Source of the DNA: Eledone cirrhosa
Lineage: Eukaryota
Direction of reading: 5' to 3'
Assembly (NCBI GenBank): GCA_964016885.1
Contig: CAXHJY010000177.1
Location: 1-64,000, forward strand
DNA length: 64,000 bases
This document shows, one piece after another, positions 41,729-53,131 of the stretch. The notes beneath the pieces were generated by a model that was not told the origin of the DNA, searched no databases, and worked only from the letters and a program-made list of their open reading frames with translations. The number at the start of each line of letters is the position of its first letter. Positions within the stretch are counted from its first letter, which is position 1. A program made the position numbers and the translations under genes.

Positions 41729-43700
41729 GGCCTAGTGATAGGGGCGTTGGACTTACGGTCATAATGTTGTGGGTTTGATTCCTGGACTTGGTTGTGTTCT
41801 AGAGCAAAATACTAGATTTCACATTGCTCTAGTATACTCAGTAGCTGGGGGTTTAACCCTATGATGGACTGGTATCCTGTCCAAGGGGAAGTCTTATACT
41901 TTCATTCGCTTAACCCTTTAACATTTAAACCGGCCATATCCGGTCAGAATTCTCTCACCCGTTTCTGTTCAAACCGGTCGTAACTGGCCGCACATGCCAA
42001 CATTAAGGTTGGGTCTCCCCACTCTGCGGTTTCCATCGACTTCTAGTGCTCTGCACCTTTTTATGCAGCTGTCATCCTTCATACGCATCACATGTCCATA
42101 CCAGCGCAACCGCCTCTCCTGCACACAGCATTTGATTCCTCTTATGCTCAGTCTCTCTCTCAATTCATTTATGCTTTGTCATTCACGTATATTACTGTTA
42201 CACATCCATCGGAGCATGCAGGCTTCGTTTCTCTCTAATCTACGTAAGTCTTCCACCTTCAGCGCCCAGGTCTCACTACCATGCAACATTGCTGTTCGGA
42301 TACATGCATCATACAGTCTGCCTTTCATTCTGAGGGAGAAGCCTTTTGCAGCTAACAGTGGTAGTAGTTCCCTAAACTTCTTCCATCCCGTTATTACCCT
42401 AGTTATTGTACTTTCTGAACACCCACCTCCGCTGCTAATTCGGTCACCTAGGTAGCAGAAGCTGTCTACTGTTTCTACAGAGCCCTCCCAGAGATTGGTG
42501 GTACTTGTTTCCTGTGGCTGTTTGCTGCTTGCTGTCCCAGCACAGCTGCTGCATGTGAAGCCTACATTCTTAATTAAGCTTCCTGAGATCCCGCTACATC
42601 TCTTGTGTACCCATTGTTTGCATTTGGGGCAGAGAATGGAGTTCCTACCTACACCTTTCCTACATACTGAGCAAGGCCATTTCCCTGAGGGGATCTGGGT
42701 TCTGTTTTCTCGTCTACTTACAAGGACCTTAGTCTTTGTCATGTTGACTTTGAGACACTTTCTTTCTAGTCCCTGCTTCCAAGTTTGGAATTTATTCTCT
42801 AGTTCTACCATAGATTCAGCTATGAGTGCGAGGCCATCAGCATACAGGAGTTCCCATGGGCATCCGGTCTTAAACACCTCCGTTATTGCCTGCAGGACTA
42901 TGATGAACAGGAGGGGGCTAAGAACAGAGCCCTGGTGGACCCCAACCTGTACGCTAAATTCCTCGCTATACTCATTGCTAATCCTAACTTTGCTGACTGC
43001 TCCCCTATACATGGCTTGTACCGCTTTCACAAGCCATTCATCTACCCCTAGTTTTCTAAGAGCCTACCAGATTGCAGCACGTGGAACTCTGTCAAAGGCT
43101 TTCTCAAGGTCGACAAATGCCAAGTAGAGTGGCTTACTTTTAGCTAGGTACTTTTCCTGTAACTGCCTCACAGGAAGAGGGCATCAGTGGTGCCTCTTCC
43201 TGGTACAAACCCAAATTGCATCTCGTCTATTTTCACCCGGTCCCTAATCAACTGTGCTATAACTCTTTCTGTTACTTTCATGACCTGGTCCATCAACTTT
43301 ATACCTCTATAGTTTCCTCTATCTAGTGCATCGCCTTTACCTTTGTAGCAGTTGACAATGATGCTACTGCACCAATCTTTTGGTATGACACCTTCTAGTA
43401 TTACCTGGTTAACAATACGTGTGGTTATAGTGTGACCTACAGACCCAGATGCCTTCAGCATCTCGGCAGCTATACCCGATGGACCGGTTGCCTTCCCCAT
43501 CTTCATATCTTTGATTGCCTTACTTACTACGTTGCTGCTGACTTGTACTGCTGGCCCCTCTATAGGGTCTACTTGGGGTAGGGTCTCTTCTTCCCATGCA
43601 TTCTCCTCATTTAGTAATCTATCATAATGACTCTTCCAATGTGAATGTTAAACGTCCAGCCTGATAAACCTCCAGGCTCAAGACAGAGTTTAGACTTTTA
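41729..43700. mobile_element. Nested SINE > TTAA MITE > RTE fragment
   Basis: SINE 5' part 41729-41913 ends at TTAA; MITE left arm 41914-42008; RTE 42009-43638; MITE right-end remnant 43638-43652; SINE 3' part 43653-43700. Confidence 0.78.
42009..43638 (-). pseudogene. Internal RT fragment of RTE family A
   Basis: Near-identical to 3453-5080 but with YADD>YADG, TGG>TAG (~43064), CGA>TGA (42179) and a 1-bp deletion near 43170; lacks both 5' and 3' ends. Confidence 0.92.
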
Positions 43701-44022
43701 AGTGTTTATGTTTAAGATTTATAAGTAGTATGGTGGTTTGTGTGTAGAGGTGTGTGTTAGTGTTGTGAATTGGAGTGGAAACCAAGTTTGTGTGTGTGTA
43801 TGTATGGTTTATTAGTAGTATGGTGGTTTATAAGTAATTATCGATGATGATTGTGGTTTGTGTGTAGAGGTGTGAGTCTGGGTTGTGAAATGAAGTGAGG
43901 TCAAGTATATGTGGATGTGAGGGATGATGAATCTGTGGATGTTGATATTTGTGATAAGTTGTTTGTTGAGCAATCAGTTTGTTGCTATTAAACTGATACC
44001 CTGTTTGATACTCCTTTTTCAG

Positions 44023-44140
44023 GAGAAAAATATGTCTGTATAAAGGCCTTTGAACCTGAGGGTCCTGATGATCATTCTTTGAGAGTTGGGGTAATAGTGG
44101 AACTCATCCAGAAGAATCTTGATGGATGGTGGTGGGTGAG
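44023..44140 (+). CDS. SH3PXD2: SH3PXD2/Tks-like gene, SH3 #2 N-half
   Basis: tttcag|...|gtgaga, 118 bp; GEKYVCIKAFEPEGPDDHSLRVGVIVELIQKNLDGWWWV vs Tks5 EEKYV...VEVIRKNLEGWWYI. Confidence 0.9.
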
Positions 44141-44857
44141 GTGAGAAAAATCTCCTGTATCGCATCATATTGCCACTTATTTTAACCCTTTTAACAATTT
44201 TTTTTTTTTTTTTTTTTTTTAAAGATTAACATCCTGATATCTGACTTCACCATTTCTTTCCATGTCTTATTTAATCTTTAATCTTCCTACTGTAAGTACA
44301 CTCCACACATCACTCATCACAAGTCTCTCAAAATATTCAACACTTGTATTATATAATCATTGCTGCTGTGTTTACAATATACACGGCTAATGCCTTATCA
44401 TTCAAAACCCATTCATTTACATCATATAATCATTGCTGTGTTTACTGCACATACACAGCTAATACCTTATCACTCAAAACACTCAACATTCATATCATAT
44501 AACCATTGCTGTTGTGTTTACTACACACTTACCCAGCTAATGCCTTTAATACTTTAATACCCAGCTGACCTTTCTACTCACTTGTAAGCAGCAGTTTTAA
44601 CAACACAATAACAATTCACATCCTATAAATCGTATAAGACTCATTCTCTTTAGCCTCTTCAGTATTAACACTTTTTTGCACATGCATCATTTTTGCTGAT
44701 TTACATATGCTCGCCTTATTTCAACAGAGTTTGCAATTTACAATGTATACATTCTTTATTTTATTCTCATCTTCTTAAGTTCCTTTTTCTCCCTACCAAG
44801 CATTGAACGAGTTTCATCCTTTCTATAGAAATTTTGATTAATGGAGCTAAGATTGAG

Positions 44858-45140
44858 TGGAGGTGCATGGCCTAGTCATTAGAGTGTTGAATTTGTGATC
44901 ATAATGTCATGGGTTTGATTCCTCGACTGGGTTGTGTGTTGTGTTCTTGAGCAAAACACTTCATTTCACATTTCTCCAGTATACTCAGCTGAAAATGAGT
45001 ATCAGCAATAGCTGGGGGTTTAACCCTATGATGGACAGGCGTCCTGTCCAGGGTGGAGTCTTGTACTCTCAGTTGCTAAATACTATGGAAACCTAGACAA
45101 GCACTGGCCTGATGAGTTTCCAGGCTTGAGACAGACTTTT
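44858..45140 (+). mobile_element. tRNA/CORE-like SINE (tail type b), full length
   Basis: TGGAGGTGCATGGCCTAGTC...GGGTTTGATTCC...CTTGAGCAAAACAC...CCTGATGAG...GAGACAGACTTT; inverted copy at 47298-47572. Confidence 0.78.
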
Positions 45141-46244
45141 TTTTAGAGATAAGATTGCTAGCCTCAGGCTCCATCCCTCTTCAACACAGACCAAAAACCA
45201 ACTTAGTGTTTCAAAGTCAAGATAAAATGAAGTTCTAGTTGTGTACTGGGATTGATATAATGGACTTTTTCCTCTCCTCCCAAAATTGCTGGCTTTGTGC
45301 TGTTGGAAAGAATCATTTAGTCAACAAATTAGAAGTGATTAAAAACAAGGTGCTGTGAGTGACGTTCAATTGGTGAAAGTAGGGTGCAATCATATAATGT
45401 CTGAACATTGTTGACTTGTAGAGTTATGTTGAACAGCTGTTGTCATATGTAGGATCATCATCACTGTTTAACATCTATTTTCCATGCTTCCATTGGTTAG
45501 ACAGGCTGTCAAGTTATGAGACTAGAACAGGTCAGGTCAAGTGATCATGTCTTGCTCACACTCTATGTTTTTGGCTTGGTTTTCTATGACTGGATGTCCC
45601 TTTCTAATGCCAACCATATTACAGTGATGGATCTGGTTATTATTTGTGTTCATTGTAAAAATTGCCCTGGAAGGCAGGCAGGTAGTTTTCCCCCGTCTTG
45701 TGAATATAGCAAAATAGGTAAAGTTGACCTCAGCAAGATTTGAACTCAGAACACATTGTTATTAGATCATAGATTTGAACTCAGAACACATCAATGTTAT
45801 TAGATCATAGGTTGTGTGGTAAATGATTAAAAGGACTGAGGATAGATACTTTCCTCATAAGCCAAGCCCTCATCCAAGTTCTACTTAGAGAGGACAGTGA
45901 GGAGAATGAAATAAGTGGTGCCCTCTAAGTAAAGTTGTTGAAAGGTGGATGAGAGTGACAGGTAAAGATGGCCAAGTTGATTGGGCTTCTCTCAACATTC
46001 ATTTGTAGGTTGGAGAACACAGCTGGGAGAGTGCACTTTCCTTTTATAACACAAGATTTATGAGTTTTCCTGATTGCTGTCACTCTATGGGGACATTTCA
46101 TTTTATTTCCTTTTCTACTATAATTTTTCTGACTTTTTTCTCTTTGATTCTATGAAAACTTTCTCTGTTTTTCTAATTTATCCTTTCAAAGTCCCCTCAT
46201 TAAGTTATCCTTGTGGTAGATAGAAAGAATTATCAATAGACAAA

Positions 46245-46890
46245 ATAATTGTTTCTACTTTAGGCACAAGGCCAGCAATTATCCCAGTGTATCACTGGTA
46301 CTTTATTTTATCGACCCCGTAAGGATGAAAGGCAAAGTCAACCTCGGCGGGATTTGAACTCAGATCGTAAAGGGACGTAACTATGCTGGAAAGCATGGCG
46401 TCCGACCCTCTACCGATACTGCCAATCCACCGTCAATAGACAAAATAATATTAATAATAATGGTTTTTTTTCTTTTGGAACAAGGCCAGCAACCCCCCCC
46501 CCCCCCTCCCCAGTGTATTACTGGTGCTTTATTTTATCGACCCGCAAGGATGCAAGGCAAAGATAACCTCGGTGGAATTTGAACTCAGAACGTAAAGGGC
46601 CACAACTCTGTGTTGCAAAGCATGGCGTATGACGCTCTACCGATACTGCCAAACCACCGCCCTTATGGTGGTTGGTAAAGTAGCAGCAATGCACCAGAGT
46701 CAATTTAATTGACTTTACCCTTCCCCAAAATTGATGGCCTTGTGTCTAAATCAGAAACCAGGCAGTGAATTGGTAGTATCGGTAGAGGACAGACGCCATG
46801 CTTTGTAGCATAGAGTTATGCCCTTTTATGATCTGAGTTCAAATCCCACAAATTGCTGGCCTTGTGCCTATATAAGAAACGATTATTATT
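46245..46890. mobile_element. Cluster of Meta-like SINEs (two - strand, one + strand)
   Basis: Well-preserved copy 46245-46432 (-), plus 46455-46660 (-) and 46760-46890 (+). Confidence 0.8.
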
Positions 46891-47633
46891 CCTGTTTCCA
46901 ATAGTTTCTACTGTGCCACCAGGTGCAAACGTGTTCCAAAGAGGAGGCGGGGGTGGTCAGTATTATGTTATATGGGTGTAGAGCTGTGTTTATATGCAAC
47001 ATTTGTTTTCCCATATTGTGAAGCTTGTTTTGTTATTTCTGTTGTTATATTAGTGTTTCGATTGTGATGCGAGTTATTTTATTGTGTGATGGTTGTATAT
47101 TGTATGTGAGTTGTGGTATTTTGTTGTGTTATGTGACTTTCACAATGCTCTGTGTTAAGATACTATCAACATTTAAATTAACAAACCCATTTTTAGATAT
47201 TTTATGCTAACTCTTTACAGGAAGTTAAGAGTTAATTACATTTAGAAGATCATACTTTTTTTATGCTAGTTGGTAAAAAAATCTGTAAAAAAAAAAAAGG
47301 TCTGTCTTGAGCCCGGATGTTCATCAGGCCAGTACTTATCCCAGTTTCCATGACATTAAGCAACTGAGAGTCCTCTGGACAGGATGCCAGTCAATCACTG
47401 AGTTAAACCCACAGCTATTGCTGCTGTTACTCATTTTCAGCTGAGTATACTGAAGCAATGTGAAATGAAGTGTTTTGCTCAAGAACACAACACACAACCC
47501 AGTCCAGAAATCGAACCCATGACATTAGATCATATGGCCAACACCCTTACCACTAGGCCGCATGCTGCCACGCTTATAATTATAAACTGTGCTTATTCAG
47601 GAGAAATTTTTTCTTTTTTGTTATCTTTCACAG

Positions 47634-48006
47634 CATTAATGGCAAAGCTGGTTGGGCTCCAGCCACATGTCTTCAATTGGCTGAGAAACATATCCAAGAT
47701 AAACTTGATAGACTTGATAACCTTGGTTCTGGTCCTATAGAAACAATCAGCAACCTATCAGAAGTGAGCGATTTACTGAAAGGCCAGCTAACAGGTGTTG
47801 GTAATACCCACATTATTTCAGTTGATAGTGAGGCTATTAAACCGAAAAGCGCAAGTTTCAATAATGATTATGAAAGTGATGAATTTTCTGATGATGATGA
47901 CAATTACGACAAGGATGAGGAAGAAAATTATTATAGTTGTATCACCTATGCTCCAGCCCCTAAACGCAGAAATACTTACAAAGACATGAAAAATTCTTCA
48001 CTTAAG
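47634..48006 (+). CDS. SH3PXD2: SH3PXD2/Tks-like gene, SH3 #2 C-half and acidic linker
   Basis: tcacag|...|gtaatt, 373 bp; SINGKAGWAPATCLQLAEKH...YESDEFSDDDDNYDKDEEENYY...KNSSLK. Confidence 0.88.
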
Positions 48007-48019
48007 GTAATTTACTATG

Positions 48020-48725
48020 TATCATCATCATTTAGCATGCATGGGTTAGATGGGCTTTCATGTTTCGAAACTAGACAGGTCAGGTGACATCTTGTCCATA
48101 CGTTCCTTTTTCGGTTGGTTTTCTACTGCTGGATATCCTTCCTAACACCAACCACATAGCGTGTATTGGGAGATTTTGTTGTGTCACCGACACTACCACC
48201 TTACAGGGTGTACTGGGTGATTGTGTTAAAGCACCAACACTACCACCTTAAGGGTGTACTGGGAGATTTTGTTGTGGCACCGACACTACCACCTTACTGG
48301 GTGATTGTGTTGAAGCACCAACACTACCACCTTACAGGGTGGACTGTGTGATTTTGTTGTGCCACCAACACTACCACCTTACAGAGTGGACTGGGTGATT
48401 TTGTTGTGGTACCAACACTACCACCTTACAGGGTGGACTGGGTGATTTTTTTTTTTGTAGCACAAACACTACCACCTTACAGGGTAGACTGGGTGATTTT
48501 GTTGTAGCACAAACACTACCACCTTACAGGGTGGTCTGAGTGTTTCTGTCATAGCATCAGCACAGTGAACTGGGTGCTTTTTGTTGTGGCACCAACACTA
48601 CCACCTTACATGGTGGACTGGGTGCTTTTTGCTGTGACACCAACACTACCACCTTACAGAATGGATTGGGCGTTTTTTGCTGTGGCACCAACATTACCAC
48701 CTTACATGGTGGACTGGGTGCTTTT
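48020..48725 (-). repeat. RTE 3'-end fragment with ~47-48 bp UTR unit expanded to ~12 tandem copies
   Basis: (ATC)n tail at 48021, GGATATCCTTCCTAACACCAACCAC, then repeats of CACCAACACTACCACCTTACAGGGTGGACTGGGTGATTTTGTTGTGG. Confidence 0.85.
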
Positions 48726-48838
48726 GAAACAAATAATAGCACAAGAAAATTTTAACAAATTTTCAATTCATTAATAAACGCTTATAAAATGTATACATTG
48801 TTTGATCAGGTTTTTCACTGATATTTTCTCTTCCTTAG

Positions 48839-50545
48839 ATCAATGAAAACCATTATTATGGCTTCCCAGAAGCGACATCTAATACTTGTTCAGATGAAGA
48901 TAGCAATTTAGAGTCCCTGAACACTGTCAAGGGCGTTCTTAAACCCAACTTAGAAAATGTGACAACTTCTGGCAAGGAGCAGAAATCTGATAAGAATTTT
49001 ACTGATGAACTTCAATCAAAAATTAACCGCAACAGTGCTAACATAAGTGCATCTGGTAAAAATGGTGGTGCACTACGACCAAAAGCCACACCACCACCCC
49101 CTCCTAAACGTCCAGCTTTTCCAACTCCTAAGAAGAAGATATCTCCAAAAGTATCAAGTGCGCCTGGAAGAAACGCACCTGATCCCCATCCACCCAGCAC
49201 TGAAACTGTAAAAGTGTTGCCAAATGCAGCAAGTGAATCAAACTTGTCCAATGAACTTCAGACAAAATTGAACAAATTGAAGAAACAACAACAGACATCT
49301 AAACCAAATTCTACAGCATCACCGCTCAAATATGGTGATGTAAAGCAGCCGACCCTTGCAAAACCACTCATTCCTAAAGATAAACCTACTGCAAAAAATG
49401 TCTCCCTTCTCTCACCACCACCACCACCACCATCATCATCAGTGGCTAAATCACTGAAACAGAAATCAAACATCTCAAGTAATTTTCAACACAACATTAT
49501 CAAATCAAAAGAGAGAGAAACTGAGTCAAAGGAAAAAGATAGTGTATTGTCTAATGTACCTAAACTTGCAGATAAGATTGCCAAATTTCAGAATCCGGTT
49601 GGAATTACAGATGAAGACGTAAATACAGGAAATAACCGAGGTCTGAATTTGTTGAAACGGCAACAAGAAAAGCATAAATTTGAAGGATCTAATTTACAGG
49701 ATAATGTCAGTGAAATAAATTCTTCTAAATTAAAACATATTACTGATACTAAACCGCCATTCCCTTACATACCCCAGAAACCAATAGTTCCCAGCAAAGC
49801 TGCTCTGAAACCCCCAGGCATTAAGCCTAAAACTACCCCCCTAAAACCGAAATTAAATGAAAATTTGACTCACAGCAATGACCACAGAACAAAGACCCCT
49901 CTATATCAAACTCAGAAATTAACACCTGGTCTAAAACCAGCATCACTACAAGTTGATAATAATTTGACTGTTCAGCAGCAATCTTCTCCAAGGAATAACC
50001 TAGTTGAAAAAACAGCAGATGGTGCTGAAACCAAGTATCAAGCTAATCGTATCTACCAAGCAGAGAATGATGAAGAGATTAGCTTTCGCCATGGGGATTC
50101 CATTGAAGTGTTGGAGAAAGACAAGTCAGGTTGGTGGCTGGTGAGAGTTGGCACCAAAGAAGGCTGGGCACCCTCAAATCACATTGAAGAAATGAAACCA
50201 GCAAATAACCGTAAGTCAATTCCTCCTAAGAAACCGCTTCCCAAATTACCACCAGAAAGCCCTGGCCAGAATACGTTACATTCTAACAACAATAACTGGA
50301 ATAACACTTCAACGAGTTGTAGACAAGATGACAACAGCAAGGATAACAGTGGAATGGCAGCTGACTGCCAATATATAGTCTTGGAAGATTTCAGTGCTTT
50401 TGGTGACGAAGAACTGTCTGTGGAGGAAGGAATGTATGTGACTGTAATAGACAAATCTAACAATGATTGGTGGTATGTTTCACTGAAGTCTGATGAGGAA
50501 GGATGGGTTCCTGCAAACTGTATAAGCACTGTACATGATGTGTGA
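48839..50545 (+). CDS. SH3PXD2: SH3PXD2/Tks-like gene, terminal exon: Pro-rich region + SH3 #3 and #4
   Basis: ccttag| acceptor in frame with ORF 48959-50545; PxxP motifs (PPPPKRP, PKKPLP); SH3s YQANRIYQAENDEEISF...GWWLV...EGWAPSNHI and YIVLEDF...DWWYV...EGWVPANCI; stop TGA. Confidence 0.92.
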   Translation: MNENHYYGFPEATSNTCSDEDSNLESLNTVKGVLKPNLENVTTSGKEQKSDKNFTDELQSKINRNSANISASGKNGGALRPKATPPPPPKRPAFPTPKKKISPKVSSAPGRNAPDPHPPSTETVKVLPNAASESNLSNELQTKLNKLKKQQQTSKPNSTASPLKYGDVKQPTLAKPLIPKDKPTAKNVSLLSPPPPPPSSSVAKSLKQKSNISSNFQHNIIKSKERETESKEKDSVLSNVPKLADKIAKFQNPVGITDEDVNTGNNRGLNLLKRQQEKHKFEGSNLQDNVSEINSSKLKHITDTKPPFPYIPQKPIVPSKAALKPPGIKPKTTPLKPKLNENLTHSNDHRTKTPLYQTQKLTPGLKPASLQVDNNLTVQQQSSPRNNLVEKTADGAETKYQANRIYQAENDEEISFRHGDSIEVLEKDKSGWWLVRVGTKEGWAPSNHIEEMKPANNRKSIPPKKPLPKLPPESPGQNTLHSNNNNWNNTSTSCRQDDNSKDNSGMAADCQYIVLEDFSAFGDEELSVEEGMYVTVIDKSNNDWWYVSLKSDEEGWVPANCISTVHDV

Positions 50546-50614
50546 AAAACGATAGAATCATTTGAAACTGTTTTGTCTCTTTTATATTACTGTACCTTGA
50601 CAGTAAAATGCCCA

Positions 50615-50620
50615 AATAAA
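50615..50620 (+). promoter_or_regulatory. Candidate polyadenylation signal AATAAA
   Basis: 70 bp after the SH3PXD2-like stop codon, followed by GT/T-rich sequence. Confidence 0.5.
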
Positions 50621-50904
50621 TACTGTATAATATGTAGTTTGTTCTTTACTTGCTGAGTTAATTTTGGTGATACCAGTAATATACCAAAGTCAATTCAATT
50701 TTATATATATATATACTCTCCTCTTCCATATTTTCATGTATTTCTTGTTCTGTCTTGGGCTTATTCTAATCATCATCATTTTGCATATGTTGGAAACCAC
50801 TAATTGTGTATAGTCAAGTCAGCTAGGGATGGCAAAAACATATGTGATTAGGTCCTGTTTATAATAGATTATATTATTGTCCAAGCTAATTACAATAATT
50901 ATGT

Positions 50905-51240
50905 TCAACCCAATCCAGGGATTTTTCACTCCTGTTTGAGGAACCCCTCTCGGATTGACCTCCATTGCTTTCTGTTTGGTTTTAATCATGTCCGGAATGT
51001 AGCTGTACTTACCACACTTGGCCACTTGTGGGTTGGTGGAGCCATTTAACCCATAGTTGGGGTGGATGGCCATTGACTCTGAGGAGTTCATCCGCTCTTT
51101 TAACAGGTCTTCTTTTTTTGTGTTGCTGGTGTTCTTCTTACCCTCCTCATTAGACCAGTGTCTTGTGGGGAGCTGGTTTAGTCACCAAGTACTCAACCAT
51201 GAAGCAGCTCATACTGAGTTACATGGTACCAGTAGCAGAC
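50905..51240 (-). mobile_element. Second copy of the ~340-bp putative LINE 5' segment
   Basis: Reverse complement aligns with 21268-21610. Confidence 0.6.
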
Positions 51241-51254
51241 ATAAATTTTATTCT

Positions 51255-52748
51255 TTACTTGCTGACTTGATTATCTGGTGGATTCTTAGAAAACTTGGAG
51301 TAGTGAGTGGCTTATGAATATAGTATAAGCCATATATAGAGAAACAGTCAGCAAGGTTAGAATTAATAATGTCTATAGTGAAGAATTTAGCATGCAGGTA
51401 GGAGTACATCAAGGTTCTATTCTTAGCCCTCTCCTGTTTATTATTGCCCTGCAGGCATAACAGAAGAGTTTATGACTGGCTGCCCATGAAAGCTTCTGTA
51501 TGCTGATGATCTAAACCTTATAGCTGAATCTATGGCATAACTAGAGAGGAAATCCAAACCTGGAAGCTTGGCCTAGAATCTAAAGGTCTTACAGTCAACT
51601 TGGCAAAGACCAAAGTCCTAGTATGTAGAAAGGATAACAAGGCCCAGATTCCCTCAGGGAAATGGCCTGGCTCAGTGTGCGAGTAGTAGAAATTCCATTC
51701 TATGTCCCAAATGCAAGCTATGGGTACATAAAAGATGTAGTGGGATCACAGGTAGGCTATCAAAGAACATAGATTTTTTTTTATGTGGCCGATGCACTAG
51801 TGTAGTAAGTAGCAAGTGCCCACAGGGTTCTGTAGAAATAATTGACAATTTCTGTTACCTGGGTAACAAAACCAGCAGTAGAGGAGGGTGTACTGAAAGG
51901 ACAGTAGCCAGATTAAGGACAGAATGGAAAAAGTTCAGGGAGCTAATACTGCTGTTAGTTACTAAAGGTTTTTCCCTTAAAATGAAGGGCAGATTGTACA
52001 ATGCATGTATACAAACCGCAATGTTACACAGAAGTGAAACCTGGGTACTCTGAAGATTGGAAAGAAATGAAGCATGCTTGCGCCAATGGATGTATAATAG
52101 TAATATACATGAACGGTAAAGTGTAAATGAACTGAAAGAGAAATTAGGCGTAAGAGGTATCAGATGCAGTATGCTAGAGGAGATTGTGTTGGTATGGTCA
52201 TGTGATATCTATGAAGGATGAAAGCTATATAAAAAGGTGCAGGACAAAGTTGACGGAAGCTATGGAGTAGGAAGATCCAGGAAAGCCTGGGATGAGGTGA
52301 TAAAAGCTGACCTTGCACAATTGCACCTCTCAAAGACAATGACACAGGATCGAGATCTTTGGCATTATGCAGTAATACAGAAGACACATTTTTCCATGCA
52401 CACAGACGGAAACATACATTTCGTAAGCACCTCTTAACCATTATTCTCCCTCCCCTTTCCATACACCTCTCACGCCCTAACACCCCATCCACCCACGTCT
52501 ATCACACCACTCTTACACTATAAAGTTTTGTTGGTGGCACAACAAAAAGCACCCAGCCCACACTAAAGTAGTCGTGTAGAAGTCATGACAAAAAGCATCC
52601 AGCACACACTAAATATGGTTGGCTTTAGGAAGGGCATCCAGCTGTAGAAATCTAGCAAGACAGAATCACCTGACCCAACTTGCTTCTAATGGGACAACCC
52701 ATCTAAGCCATGCTAGCGTGGAAAATGGACGTGAAACAATGATGATGA
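51255..52748 (+). pseudogene. Older decayed RTE LINE (RT to 3' tail)
   Basis: Homologous to ~7435-9020 with many stops and indels; TATGCTGATGAT (YADD) at ~51499; tail GGACGTGAAACAATGATGATG. Confidence 0.88.
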
Positions 52749-53131
52749 AAATTCCCCTCTGAGGCACAAGTCTGGGAAGACCAAGCAGTTGCCCATGCAT
52801 ACCTGTCTCACCTCTCTATGCCACCAATGTTGTTCAAGGCAAAGGTCTATATAGCTTGGCCCCATTGACGTCACAACTCTGTAACTGAGTAAACATGAAA
52901 TAAAGTGTCTTGCTCAAGAACACAACGCATCACCCGGTCCGAAAATCAAACTCAACCTCCCAATTGCAAGCCTAATATTTTAACCACTAACCCATGCGCC
53001 TTCAAATTATATAATATAGTATAATATATATATCTGTGTATATAATATATATAAATCAGAATGGATGTAGTAAAAACCAGTTATAAAATTACTCACCAGA
53101 GTACTCAATACTTGGGGTAGTAAAGTGGGTA

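Noticed and set aside
45108-45135. CTGATGA hammerhead-core match in SINE tail type b
   Set aside because: No stem II followed by GAAA.
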